Under the pieces are notes generated by a model. The model saw only the letters and a list, made by a program, of their open reading frames with translations. It did not search any database and was not told where the DNA came from. From a virus (taxonomy: Duplodnaviria; Caudoviricetes), in IMG/VR virus record IMGVR_UViG_3300029319_000038, positions 1 to 62,077 of that record: a stretch of 62,077 bases of DNA; one strand, given 5' to 3'. The translations under genes were made by a program, and so were the position numbers. This document shows, piece after piece, positions 10,241 through 20,192 of this stretch. Numbering within the stretch: position 1 is the first letter of the stretch; each line of letters begins with the position of its first letter.

Positions 10241-10400
10241 AGAATACATGGAAAGTGTGTATGAGCAATTCTTTTATCTTGTAAAACATGGCAACTGGAG
10301 TTTTTTTGAGGCATATGCACTTCCCATTGGGCTACGTAAATGGTTCGTAGAAAAACTGTCTGAATATTTTAAAAAGCAGGAAGAAGCTTATAATAGCTAA
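10215..10400 (+). CDS. Small tail-assembly-chaperone partner ORF, possibly expressed by frameshift from 9392..10240
   Basis: Overlaps the upstream gene across GGGTTTTTTT; YEQFFYLVKHGNWSFFEAYALPIGLRKWF; directly precedes the tape measure. Confidence 0.65.
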   Translation: MRGFFGLNEEYMESVYEQFFYLVKHGNWSFFEAYALPIGLRKWFVEKLSEYFKKQEEAYNS

Positions 10401-10430
10401 CCGAGCTGAGTAAATTAATTTTTTTTGTTT

Positions 10431-10438
10431 ACTATTTA
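10431..10438 (+). promoter_or_regulatory. Late-type promoter motif ACTATTTA
   Basis: Upstream of the tape measure gene. Confidence 0.65.
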
Positions 10439-10464
10439 ATATACGACTTGCTGGAGTGTTTTAA

Positions 10465-12795
10465 ATGGCAAAAGAAGAAGCAGAACAGGAAATAAGAGAA
10501 CTTTCTATTATAGCGGAAAAGCTAAAGAGTCTGCAAGACCAATTAAACACTGTTACTGACAGCATAGCAGAACAAGAAGCTAGGTCTCTTTTAAATAAAA
10601 TTAAAAAAGCCAAAGCAGAAGCTAAAAAAGAGCTGAAAGACTTTGAAGAGCTTACAAACAATCTACAAGTAGCTCGAAACAAAATAGAAATAATAAGTGA
10701 TGAGTCAAATGCTGCTTTTGAAAGCGCAGAAAATAAGCGCCAGAAACAACGACGCAAAAACCTTGAAGATCTCATAGGAAATTTAAAAGAGCAAAAAAAG
10801 CAAATTGAAAAATATAACAGGGCTTTTGAAAACAATGAAAATGAAAAAATAAAAATACTACAACGTCAGGAAAAAAAATTAGCAGAAGAAGAACTTAAGG
10901 CTTCAAACGAACGTAAAAAAAGATTAAAAAAACAAAATGACGAATTAATAAGATTGGTCAAAACTGGTGCGCAAGCTGGTAAAGATCTTGTTACTGACTT
11001 TACAGAGACGGTTGGCGCGCCATTGGCAACTTTAGCTTTTTTAAGACCCGATCTTGGCGCGATGCAAGTTCTAAAGTCTCTTAAGAAGGAATTTATTGGC
11101 TTTGATGACACATTTAGAGGTGTTATAAAGCAAACTGGCTTATTTAATAATAATTTTCGCAAAGTTTTTATCGATTCAATAGGCACATCTAATAGATTTA
11201 ATAACGCCCTACAGGATATAGGTGCGACATCCAAGGACGCTGCTGAAGCAGCTAAGGCACTTTTCCCAGTGTCTGAGGTATTTCGTCGTCTTAGCATGAG
11301 GGGCGACAATGCCGCAAAAAGTGTTCTTGGGCAAGCAGTTGCATTTAAAAAGCTTAATATACCAGCGGCACAAACAGCAAAATCTTTTGATACTTTTACT
11401 AAAGCGCTGGGTCTAAACGCGAAACAATCTGTTAACACCAACAAGCAAATTCTTGGGGTTGCTAAAAGTTTAAACATAGGCTTGGGTAAGGCATTTAAAG
11501 ATTTTACTGACATATTGCCTGATATTGTAATGTTTGGCGATGATACTGTCGAGGTTTTTGGTAAATTAGAAGCACAGGCGAATGCTACTGGGCTGGCTGT
11601 CAACAAATTAAGCAAATTTGCGCAGAAGATGGATACTTTTAAAGGAGCGTCAGAGGTTGCAGCAAGATTTAACGCTCAGCTTGGTGGTATGTTTGTATCA
11701 GGCATTGATTTGGCTCAGGCAGATTTTCCTGAGAAAATAGGCATGATACAAAAAGCTTTTCAAAATGCCGGCAAGACTTTTGATGATCTAGGCAGAAGAG
11801 ACAAGCAAGCACTTGCGGCTTCTTTGGGGCTAGGCGTTGAAGAGACGGCAAGACTTCTTAGCAATGCTGAGGATGTGGAGGCTTCTTTAAAAAAAGTCGA
11901 TACTGCAGCAATGACAGACAGACAGCAGAGAAAGGCAATCCAGGACACCATGAGTCAGCAAGAGCTTTTATTAAAAAGTAATGCTAGGTTTATGCGAGGC
12001 ATTGGTAAATTTACACAAAAAACTAGACAAATAGCTACTCAAGCGGGTGGCGCGATTACAAAGTCTTTTGCTAGAGCCAATAGCAGGATTAGAAAGTCAA
12101 AGGATGAAATTGCATCAGTCGCTGGTGTTTTGGCAGCTTTAACAGCGGTCACCACAGTTGGTGGAGCCATACCAAAACAATTTAGAAGGCTTTTTGGTGG
12201 TAGATTTATGACAGCTTCCATGGCTGCTCTCGGTGGCGCCGCTTTCGCTGGTGCTGTGACACATGCTGATTTACAAAAGTTAAATATCGACAATGAAGCA
12301 GATAAAAAAATATTTGAAAAAATTAGGAAGCAAAAAGCTATACTTGAGGACGACGACGCTAGTAAAGCAAAGAAGCTTGCAGCCGAGAAAGCGTTAAAAA
12401 AGATTCATCGCCAATTAAAGAGAAGAAAGGGTGCCCCCACCACTTCTGTTCGAACAGCACCAACTGAAACAGTTGCGCAAACAGATGCCGATACCGATAA
12501 TAAGCGCATTAGAGCTTTGCAGAAATTAGGAGGGGCTGACATTTCTGAGGATATCCGCGCTATGCTGCCGTCAGGCTCAGGAGCAATTGATCTTGGCGGC
12601 GCGGGCATGGATACTGCCTTTGAAAGGGATATATTGAAAAGGCTCGTTGAGAACATTGAAACTAAGTTCCAACAAGGCGACGAGCAGATCTTAAATATCA
12701 TCCTAAATGTGGACGGAGAACCAATAGCTAAAACTGAGGGAATCAAAAACGCTTTAAGGGACGTAATTAATCAAGAATTAAGAATCGAGAATTAA
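10465..12795 (+). CDS. Tape measure protein (probable)
   Basis: 776 aa, helical/coiled-coil, Ala/Lys-rich with a hydrophobic Gly/Ala segment; follows the chaperone pair. Confidence 0.7.
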   Translation: MAKEEAEQEIRELSIIAEKLKSLQDQLNTVTDSIAEQEARSLLNKIKKAKAEAKKELKDFEELTNNLQVARNKIEIISDESNAAFESAENKRQKQRRKNLEDLIGNLKEQKKQIEKYNRAFENNENEKIKILQRQEKKLAEEELKASNERKKRLKKQNDELIRLVKTGAQAGKDLVTDFTETVGAPLATLAFLRPDLGAMQVLKSLKKEFIGFDDTFRGVIKQTGLFNNNFRKVFIDSIGTSNRFNNALQDIGATSKDAAEAAKALFPVSEVFRRLSMRGDNAAKSVLGQAVAFKKLNIPAAQTAKSFDTFTKALGLNAKQSVNTNKQILGVAKSLNIGLGKAFKDFTDILPDIVMFGDDTVEVFGKLEAQANATGLAVNKLSKFAQKMDTFKGASEVAARFNAQLGGMFVSGIDLAQADFPEKIGMIQKAFQNAGKTFDDLGRRDKQALAASLGLGVEETARLLSNAEDVEASLKKVDTAAMTDRQQRKAIQDTMSQQELLLKSNARFMRGIGKFTQKTRQIATQAGGAITKSFARANSRIRKSKDEIASVAGVLAALTAVTTVGGAIPKQFRRLFGGRFMTASMAALGGAAFAGAVTHADLQKLNIDNEADKKIFEKIRKQKAILEDDDASKAKKLAAEKALKKIHRQLKRRKGAPTTSVRTAPTETVAQTDADTDNKRIRALQKLGGADISEDIRAMLPSGSGAIDLGGAGMDTAFERDILKRLVENIETKFQQGDEQILNIILNVDGEPIAKTEGIKNALRDVINQELRIEN

Positions 12796-12826
12796 GTTTA
12801 GAATAATTTTACAGGAAAATAGAAAC

Positions 12827-13702
12827 ATGCCAAGATTTTTTGAATTTGAACAAATAGCATACGGAAACCAAAAAAGTGGTTTTAAAAATGTTGAATTTCG
12901 CAAAAATGATTTGTCACCATCTGATGGGGCAGAAAAAGGAGATTTGCTTGAGATTATACCGATGCATATTAAAAATCCACCGGTCATTCAGTTTATGGCT
13001 TTCTTGACTAGTCTTGGTGACAATTTTAATTCAACTTATAGTTCCGAACAGCCATTCGGTCGAGTCGATCCATACTATGTTTGGAAGTCTGCAAAGAGGT
13101 CAATAAAGATTGCTGTTGATGTGTTGTCTTCTTCCAGATCAAAGGCACTAGACAATCTTAACAATTTAAGTTGGTTCTTATCTTCTTTATATCCTGCATA
13201 TAGAGAAGGTGACAATGCCGCATCAATTGCTGCCTCGCCTTTATTTAGAGTAAAATACTCAAATATCATATCTTCTCGGTCAGGCGGCGGTCAAGGCTTG
13301 CTGGGCGTCATCCAGGGAGTTAGCGTAACACATGATGTCAATTCTGGCTATATTTTTATAAAGCCAAAGAGAATGAATTCATCTTCTGCGAATATTGATG
13401 CCAGGTTAATTAAGACAGCTGGCTTTCAAGAAAATCTAAGAGAGGGCGATGCCCTGCAGATCCCAAAGAAAATAGGCATTAGCTTTAGCTTAGACGTCGT
13501 GCATGATCACGATTTAGGATGGGATGTAGCTACCGGCGAGTGGCGAGGAGGATCTGCAGCTGCAAAATATCCATATGGGTTTGGCTTGCTGCGCGATGCA
13601 CAGCCTGATCCAGGAGCAGGTAGTCCTGCAGGAGAGCCAAGCGGCTCCCCAGCAAATAATGAGCAAACAAAAATTGCGGGAGAAATACTCAATCCTAATT
13701 AA
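12827..13702 (+). CDS. Baseplate/tail-tube initiator-like protein
   Basis: F.AFLTSL.D.F, FGR.DP, LYP.Y motifs; synteny. Confidence 0.55.
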   Translation: MPRFFEFEQIAYGNQKSGFKNVEFRKNDLSPSDGAEKGDLLEIIPMHIKNPPVIQFMAFLTSLGDNFNSTYSSEQPFGRVDPYYVWKSAKRSIKIAVDVLSSSRSKALDNLNNLSWFLSSLYPAYREGDNAASIAASPLFRVKYSNIISSRSGGGQGLLGVIQGVSVTHDVNSGYIFIKPKRMNSSSANIDARLIKTAGFQENLREGDALQIPKKIGISFSLDVVHDHDLGWDVATGEWRGGSAAAKYPYGFGLLRDAQPDPGAGSPAGEPSGSPANNEQTKIAGEILNPN

Positions 13703-13722
13703 ATTTAGAGTTTTAATTTATA

Positions 13723-14055
13723 ATGAGATACAACAGACAAACAATAAGCGTTAATGCACAAGAAGCATATAAAAGATATTTAAAGAAAAGAGGCATGAGT
13801 GATATTCGTCATTTTGAAACTCCAACCTTTAGATATCCAACTGCTGAAGATACGGCAAACTTTCAAACAATTCGCCATATATGGAAAACTGGAGATCGTT
13901 TTTTTAAATTAGCTAACGAGTATTACAATGATCCAACGTTATGGTGGGTTATAGCTTTTTATAATCAAAAGCCAACTGAATACCACGCTAACCCTGGTGA
14001 TACTATTTTTATCCCAGTGCCTCTTGAAAGTGTGCTATACTATATGGGCTTCTAG
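13723..14055 (+). CDS. Baseplate wedge protein with LysM-like fold (gp53/tail X-like)
   Basis: GDRFFKLANEYYNDPTLWWVIA.YN...PGD.IFIP. Confidence 0.75.
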   Translation: MRYNRQTISVNAQEAYKRYLKKRGMSDIRHFETPTFRYPTAEDTANFQTIRHIWKTGDRFFKLANEYYNDPTLWWVIAFYNQKPTEYHANPGDTIFIPVPLESVLYYMGF

Positions 14056-14068
14056 ATTGGAGTTATAA

Positions 14069-16780
14069 ATGGCTACAGAAAGAAAAATAAAAAGCGAAGT
14101 TCAAAGAGACAATTTGGAGCAGTACATACTGTGTCAAAATTTGCGAGATTTGGCTGCTTATCACTCTGCCAATGAGGAGTTGACTTTTAGATACAGAATG
14201 TTTCGCCAAGTCGAAGGTCCAACCCACGACATTGTTACAAAACTAAATGGCACGCCTGATTTAAGAATTTTTAAAAAAATAAAACAAAGCACCTTGTCTT
14301 TAATGCAGCCAAAGCTGCGCATATTTAAAGTTGTTTATGTTGAAAAACAAGAAGGCGTTGAGGGCGAGCCAGAAGATAAAGTTGTTGCGCTGCCTTATCC
14401 AAAATATAGGGAGTTTAAATTTTCCTCAAACTTTGGGGTAGAGACAGCGGCAACAGTGCAGGATTATTTAGCGTATGAGAGCACCAAGCCTTCATCGAGA
14501 AATGTTGGTGTAAAGTCATTTTCTTTTGAAAGCAAAGGCGAGGCGCTAGGGGCTTTTCAGAAAGAAATAACTGCAAAGCTTTCTTTAGTTTTTAAAAGCC
14601 TTAAGGATATTCAAGCTCAGCCCCCAGGCGAGCCTCCACCAGAGCGAGGTGGCTTAAGGTATTTCGATTTGTTTTCTTTTCCAGGCGCGCTGAGAACAGG
14701 ATCGCCAACAAAACAAGTCTACAACCCTAAGCATTATCAAATTAAGGTGCTTATAGGCTGGACTGCCCCTTCGAGACAACAACTAGAGGCGCTAAATTTA
14801 CCACAAGATGAAATTGAAGCTGTGTCAAGACTAGAAAGCCTAAATACAGTTATGTCCTTGCTTTTAAATGATTACGACATTCAAGTTAAAGACGATGGAC
14901 AAGTGCAAGTTGACATTTCGTATCGATCTTTTATTGATTCTGCCCTAGATAATAGCTCAGCTAGCGTCTTTAACGTTACTTATGAATATGATCCATCTGC
15001 TGAGGCTAAGCAACTGAGACTGAAGTCAAAAAGAAAAGGGCAAAATATTAATAAGATACAAGATTTTATTAATATTGTAAGCGAAGTGCAAAGACAGTCT
15101 TCTTCAGGGTCTGTAAGTAAAAAGCTAAAAGAACGACTTTATGATGCTATATCAAAAGATAGATTTTTTCAAGATGCATTTATAAAGTCTCTTGGTAGAA
15201 AACCTGACACTGTTCTTAAAAAAGCAGGCGCTGCAAATATAAAATTGAACGCAAGAAAGATTGAAGAGAGAATTCCAAAAAGCGACTTGCCTGCTGTCGT
15301 AACTGTTATGAAAAAAAGAGGCAAAAACTTAATTGATGAAATTAAATCTGCCCGTAGTGATTTTAGAAAAGAAATATTTAGGTCGTTCATGACAGAGCTA
15401 ATTAAAGGCAATGACCCACCCAATGGTGTTGGAAGTCGACTTTTTATTGCAAAAGCTTCAAAAAAAATACTGCACGATGGTTTAGATATATCATTTCCTC
15501 CAGAGGACGATGATGAAACTCCCGAAAACGAAGCAGACAAAGCTAAAACAGAACTGACAGGAGATAGACTTGAAATTGTAAAAATAGACGAAGAGCGTTT
15601 TGCGAACATCTCTGAAGAATCAAAAAGGCTGGTTTCTGAAACTGAGGGCGCCCGACAGAAAGCTAAAGAGAAGAAAACAGAAAGCACAGATTTTGATATT
15701 ACCGCAGAAACAGAGGGCTATTCTTTTCCTTTCGTATACTTTGGAGACATTGTTGAGCTAGCTTGTCGAAATGCCAATTTATCTAAAAATGAATATTTTG
15801 GTCCTGACGAGGAGTCGCCTTATATTTTCAGCCAAAGCCACTATGCAAAAGAAAGCGAGATTAGATCTAATAAAGATGAAATAACACAAGATTTAAAAAT
15901 CTTGCTGGGACCCGTGGAGTACTATGATTTAAAAGGCGATCAAAAGTTGTCTCAAATAAACTTAGCTTCTTTTCCTATTTCATTTAATTTGTTCAGAGCT
16001 TGGTATTTAAAAAATGTTGTTTCTAGTAATAATATACGCCGTTCTGTTGATTCATTTATAAAAGGTATTTTAAGAGATCTTGTTTTTAACAACCTGGGAA
16101 ATACTTTGCCAACAAATATGAAGCCTGAACGAGCACCTGCTATGTTTCTGGGCTTAACTTTGCCTGGAAAAACTTTAGTGGGTGAGAATGTAGCTGAGGG
16201 CGCAAAAGAGGAATATTTGCCTGTGCAGCCACGCATCAACGTTACAGACGGTATATTCAAGTCGAGCTATACCGATAAGATAGCAGACATAACGTATGAA
16301 ACAAAAGTTAAAAGTTCATATGATTATATCCTTTATTATATAAGCAATGTGAAAAACCTACGTGAGCGCGAGGGTAATGCTGTGCAAGATGAACGCGATG
16401 GAATTGTTCATTATAATATTGGTTCAGATAGAGGGATGCTAAAAAATATTTCGTTTAACAAGGTTGATGTTCCTTTTAGAGCTGAACAGCTGTACGAAGC
16501 ATCGCAAGAGTCTGGTGATGACTTTGAGCAACTAGTTTATCCTTATAATTCTAATTTAACTTTAATTGGTGTGCCCTTTTACAAGCCAGGTATGCTTTTC
16601 TATGTTAACCCAACTATTTTTGGCTTGGGCTCTGTAGAGGATACCAGCTCAGTCGCACACAAATTAAATCTAGGCGGCTATAATCTTGTATTGAATGTTG
16701 CTATGTCTATAAGACAATCCAAATTTGAAACAAAACTAAGTGGTTTCCAGCAAGGTCATGGAAAACTTCGGGAGAAATAA
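14069..16780 (+). CDS. Large baseplate hub-like virion protein
   Basis: 903 aa; C-terminal LTLIG.P...PGMLFYVNP...LGGY.LV..V typical of hub proteins; synteny. Confidence 0.5.
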   Translation: MATERKIKSEVQRDNLEQYILCQNLRDLAAYHSANEELTFRYRMFRQVEGPTHDIVTKLNGTPDLRIFKKIKQSTLSLMQPKLRIFKVVYVEKQEGVEGEPEDKVVALPYPKYREFKFSSNFGVETAATVQDYLAYESTKPSSRNVGVKSFSFESKGEALGAFQKEITAKLSLVFKSLKDIQAQPPGEPPPERGGLRYFDLFSFPGALRTGSPTKQVYNPKHYQIKVLIGWTAPSRQQLEALNLPQDEIEAVSRLESLNTVMSLLLNDYDIQVKDDGQVQVDISYRSFIDSALDNSSASVFNVTYEYDPSAEAKQLRLKSKRKGQNINKIQDFINIVSEVQRQSSSGSVSKKLKERLYDAISKDRFFQDAFIKSLGRKPDTVLKKAGAANIKLNARKIEERIPKSDLPAVVTVMKKRGKNLIDEIKSARSDFRKEIFRSFMTELIKGNDPPNGVGSRLFIAKASKKILHDGLDISFPPEDDDETPENEADKAKTELTGDRLEIVKIDEERFANISEESKRLVSETEGARQKAKEKKTESTDFDITAETEGYSFPFVYFGDIVELACRNANLSKNEYFGPDEESPYIFSQSHYAKESEIRSNKDEITQDLKILLGPVEYYDLKGDQKLSQINLASFPISFNLFRAWYLKNVVSSNNIRRSVDSFIKGILRDLVFNNLGNTLPTNMKPERAPAMFLGLTLPGKTLVGENVAEGAKEEYLPVQPRINVTDGIFKSSYTDKIADITYETKVKSSYDYILYYISNVKNLREREGNAVQDERDGIVHYNIGSDRGMLKNISFNKVDVPFRAEQLYEASQESGDDFEQLVYPYNSNLTLIGVPFYKPGMLFYVNPTIFGLGSVEDTSSVAHKLNLGGYNLVLNVAMSIRQSKFETKLSGFQQGHGKLREK

Positions 16781-18085
16781 ATGGCTGAAAGAACATTGGA
16801 GGAAATCTTTAACGATAAAAATCAGCTGCATGATTTTTTTCCTGCCTCATCAGACACAAAAGTCTATGATGTGCAAAGAAAGCACTTTTTATATGGAAAA
16901 ATTGACCGCGACGGTGATGCAGTCTATATTGAGGAAACTTATTTAGCACAAATTGATGCTGGAGAGCTTGTGACGGAGTTTGCAGTTGATTTTGTTGCTG
17001 ATGCATTTGATGATTTTAAAAGATATTACACAAGAAGAGTTCAAGCTGGCTTTTTGGATAAAGAAAGCCAGTATGGGCTGACATTATTGGCTAAAAGAGG
17101 CTGGTCTCATGGTCAGCTTGATTTTAATTACTACCAGTATACCAACCGACTTTACGCCGACTTTGTGCAAAACTATTTAGAACAGGACAGGCGTTATGAA
17201 AAAGTAAAAGACTTTTCATCGTTTGTAAGGGAGTTTATTAATTATGCTTCGCCGCAGGCTAGGCGCTTTCCAATAACAAAAACTGGCTTTTTGCTGTCAA
17301 TACACTCTAGCCCTTATGTTAGCGGACTTGCTATTGATCTTGCAGATGCTCCATTCGGCGAATCAATGGAGAGCAACGCTTTAAAATTTACCTCGGATCC
17401 AAATTTTCCTTTCATGGTTAACACAGCAAAAAGATTTGGATTTTTAATTGATAAAAATGCACCATGGCGCTTGGTCTTCAATTTGGCTTCAGGGAATCTT
17501 GCGACAGGTGATCAAAAAGGCAAAGCAGGCGGTTCAAAGTATCTGCAAGATAGAAACGTTAACTTTGATAACATTTTCAGCGTTTACTTTGTTAAGTCCT
17601 ACAAGCAAGAGCTTCTTAACATGAAGAAACTGTTATTGTCATATTATGATGCTTTTCATGCACAATTTCCTGACTATCAGGTCTTAAGGCAAGTTATGCC
17701 CAAAGGTGATTCCTGTAAGACTGTCTCTGAGTATTCAGCTGAACAAAGCTATACAAGGAAAAAAGTACTTTCATTTACAAATCAGAGAGACTTGCCGCCA
17801 CTGACTTTAAACACTGACGACTATGACGAATATATAATGAAAGCCATTCTTCGATTTAGGATGCTAGAAACAGAACATCCCGATTTTAATGATAATTTTA
17901 TTCGCGCTTCAAAAGAGATGATTGATACAAAAAGAGTCTTTGGCGTCGACGCTGGTTTAAAATATATTAATGATTTTACAAAAGGCTGGCGAGTTTCTAA
18001 ATTTCTAAGGAAAGGCAAGTACTGGTATGGTCAAAGCGATCAAGAGTACAATGCTAGAAAAAGACAGATATTAGAAAATCAGTGA
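16781..18085 (+). CDS. Hypothetical protein (end of virion module)
   Basis: 434 aa ORF abutting the hub gene. Confidence 0.6.
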   Translation: MAERTLEEIFNDKNQLHDFFPASSDTKVYDVQRKHFLYGKIDRDGDAVYIEETYLAQIDAGELVTEFAVDFVADAFDDFKRYYTRRVQAGFLDKESQYGLTLLAKRGWSHGQLDFNYYQYTNRLYADFVQNYLEQDRRYEKVKDFSSFVREFINYASPQARRFPITKTGFLLSIHSSPYVSGLAIDLADAPFGESMESNALKFTSDPNFPFMVNTAKRFGFLIDKNAPWRLVFNLASGNLATGDQKGKAGGSKYLQDRNVNFDNIFSVYFVKSYKQELLNMKKLLLSYYDAFHAQFPDYQVLRQVMPKGDSCKTVSEYSAEQSYTRKKVLSFTNQRDLPPLTLNTDDYDEYIMKAILRFRMLETEHPDFNDNFIRASKEMIDTKRVFGVDAGLKYINDFTKGWRVSKFLRKGKYWYGQSDQEYNARKRQILENQ

Positions 18086-18091
18086 GGATAC

Positions 18092-19270
18092 ATGCTCTTT
18101 CAGGTGCTAGACGAAAAAAAAGAATGCTATGCAATATTTTGTGATGGCGAGTTGTTTAAGTACCCTAATAGTCTAGAGCTGACACACACTTGGTCGCATT
18201 CAGCTCACGCGCCGTTGGATGATGTTGAGTATGCATCGATATGGTGCGCTGGCAAAAGCTTAGATGAAGTTTGCCCTGAACATCTTAAGAACGAATGGCA
18301 ATTAATCAAAGCCAAGCTTAAAGCTTTTTCTAAAGCAGTGCAGACATCAAAAATTAACTTGTCTGACGTTTGTTTTTATGATTTTGTTTCAAAACAGTTT
18401 TTGATTGATTACTGCGCTTCAAAAAATAAAATAACAGAGTGGGTTTTTGCTAAATATGAAAAGCCAAAAAATTACGATCTTATGGAAAGCATCGTTAAGT
18501 TTACAACAAAAATAAAAAATCAACATTTAAACTTGGATTTAAAAAACTTAGACTTTTTAGATCCTGAAGTAAGAAAGACGTTTAATAAGATTAAATATGC
18601 GAACAGTAATATTATATACAATCCATGGGGCACTGTAACTGGCAGACTGTCAACCAAGCCTGATAGCTTCCCTATTTTGACGCTCAACAGGCAACTAAGA
18701 TCAGTTATAAAGCCAAACAATGATTTGTTTGTTGAGTTTGACTACAACGCTGCAGAGGTTCGCGTTCTGCTGGCTTTATTAGGAGAGGATCAGCCTGAGG
18801 GCGATTTGCATGATTGGATCGTTAAAAATATATTTGACGATAAATGCCCAAGAGAAAAAGCAAAAACAAGAGTGTTCAGGTGGTTATACAATCCCAAGGC
18901 ACAAAATAAAAGATTGAGCGAGAGGTTTGACAGGGAAGCTATTATTGATAAGCACTACAAAGATGGGTATGTATATACGCCTTTTGGTAGAAAAATTAAA
19001 GCTCCAGAAGAAAAAGCATTAAATTATATTATCCAGAGCACAACTAGCGATTTGTTTTTAACTAACATGCTTAAAGTTGATAAAATGCTTAGCAGCAGAA
19101 GGTCTTTTATTTCATTCTGCGTACATGATAGCTTTTTAATTGATTTTGCAAAAGAAGACCAGCCAATGATTCACGATATGATAGAGGCTTTTTCAGGCAC
19201 TACTTTTGGTGACTTTAAAGTTAACGTCAGCATGGGGAAGAGCTTTGGCACTATGAGGAAGGTACAATGA
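18092..19270 (+). CDS. Minimal family-A DNA polymerase-like protein
   Basis: TGRLS, motif A DYNAAEVR, motif B REKAK...F..LY, NYIIQST, motif C VHDS; only 392 aa. Confidence 0.75.
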   Translation: MLFQVLDEKKECYAIFCDGELFKYPNSLELTHTWSHSAHAPLDDVEYASIWCAGKSLDEVCPEHLKNEWQLIKAKLKAFSKAVQTSKINLSDVCFYDFVSKQFLIDYCASKNKITEWVFAKYEKPKNYDLMESIVKFTTKIKNQHLNLDLKNLDFLDPEVRKTFNKIKYANSNIIYNPWGTVTGRLSTKPDSFPILTLNRQLRSVIKPNNDLFVEFDYNAAEVRVLLALLGEDQPEGDLHDWIVKNIFDDKCPREKAKTRVFRWLYNPKAQNKRLSERFDREAIIDKHYKDGYVYTPFGRKIKAPEEKALNYIIQSTTSDLFLTNMLKVDKMLSSRRSFISFCVHDSFLIDFAKEDQPMIHDMIEAFSGTTFGDFKVNVSMGKSFGTMRKVQ

Positions 19271-20100
19271 ATTTAGTAGGTTTGGGAAACGCAGGTTGTC
19301 AAGTTGTCAAATGTCTAGAAAATTACCCACAATATAAGACTTTTTGTGTTGATACAGAAAATCAAGGGTATCGCAAGTTTGTCTCTGTTGAGTTACAAAA
19401 AAACCATGAAGAGTATGAAAAAAACTACAAAAAACTTAATCTTAGAGGCTTGAAGGGTCACACCACAGTTGTTTTAAATGGATCTGGTAATATCAGCGGT
19501 ATCGCATTAAGGTTATTGGAGCAAATTAAAAAGCACAAAACAGATGTGTTATACATTAAGTCAGATGAGCAAACTTTAACCGCTGAGGCAAAAATGAAAG
19601 AGAAGATAGTATTTTCTGTTTTGCAACAATATGCTAGGTCAAACATGATTAACAGGATGTGGATTGTAGATAATAAAAATGTTGAAAGCATCTTGGAGAA
19701 TGTTTCAATTAAAAACTACTGGCAAAACATAAACAATCTAATATCAAATACTTTTCACATGTATAATGTCTTTATTAACACCGAGCCGCTGTTGACAACC
19801 AAAGCTCAACCAACTGAAACTTGCAGAATAGGGACATTTGGTGTTGTTAATTTTGAAAATTCAAATGAGAGGCTGTTCTATGATCTGGAATACGCACGTT
19901 TTGTAAATTATTTCTACAATATCAATGAGCAAACGATGGAAAATGAGGGCAATATTCTCTCTAAAATCAGAGAGGAGGTTTCGAAAAAATCCAGTGAGGA
20001 GACTCACGTTGCTTTTTCTATATATCCAACAACTTATGATCAGAATTATGTTTATTCCTCTCACGTTGCTTCGTTTATTCAAGAGCAAAACATAAATTAA
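19267..20100 (+). CDS. Divergent tubulin/FtsZ-like protein (PhuZ-like)
   Basis: N-terminal VGLGNAGCQV, degenerate T4 loop GSGNISG, later IVDN and INNLI. Confidence 0.55.
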   Translation: MNLVGLGNAGCQVVKCLENYPQYKTFCVDTENQGYRKFVSVELQKNHEEYEKNYKKLNLRGLKGHTTVVLNGSGNISGIALRLLEQIKKHKTDVLYIKSDEQTLTAEAKMKEKIVFSVLQQYARSNMINRMWIVDNKNVESILENVSIKNYWQNINNLISNTFHMYNVFINTEPLLTTKAQPTETCRIGTFGVVNFENSNERLFYDLEYARFVNYFYNINEQTMENEGNILSKIREEVSKKSSEETHVAFSIYPTTYDQNYVYSSHVASFIQEQNIN

Positions 20101-20101
20101 T

Positions 20102-20129
20102 TTTACTGTTTAATTTTTGTTATTATCAT
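20102..20129 (+). promoter_or_regulatory. Sigma70-like promoter TTTACT-N16-TATCAT
   Basis: Member of the recurrent promoter class, with GT five bases before the -10 box. Confidence 0.6.
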
Positions 20130-20192
20130 ATACTCAAGCCGGTCAGGATATTAGCTGGCTGTACTATAGCACAACGCAAAAAGGAGTTAGAA

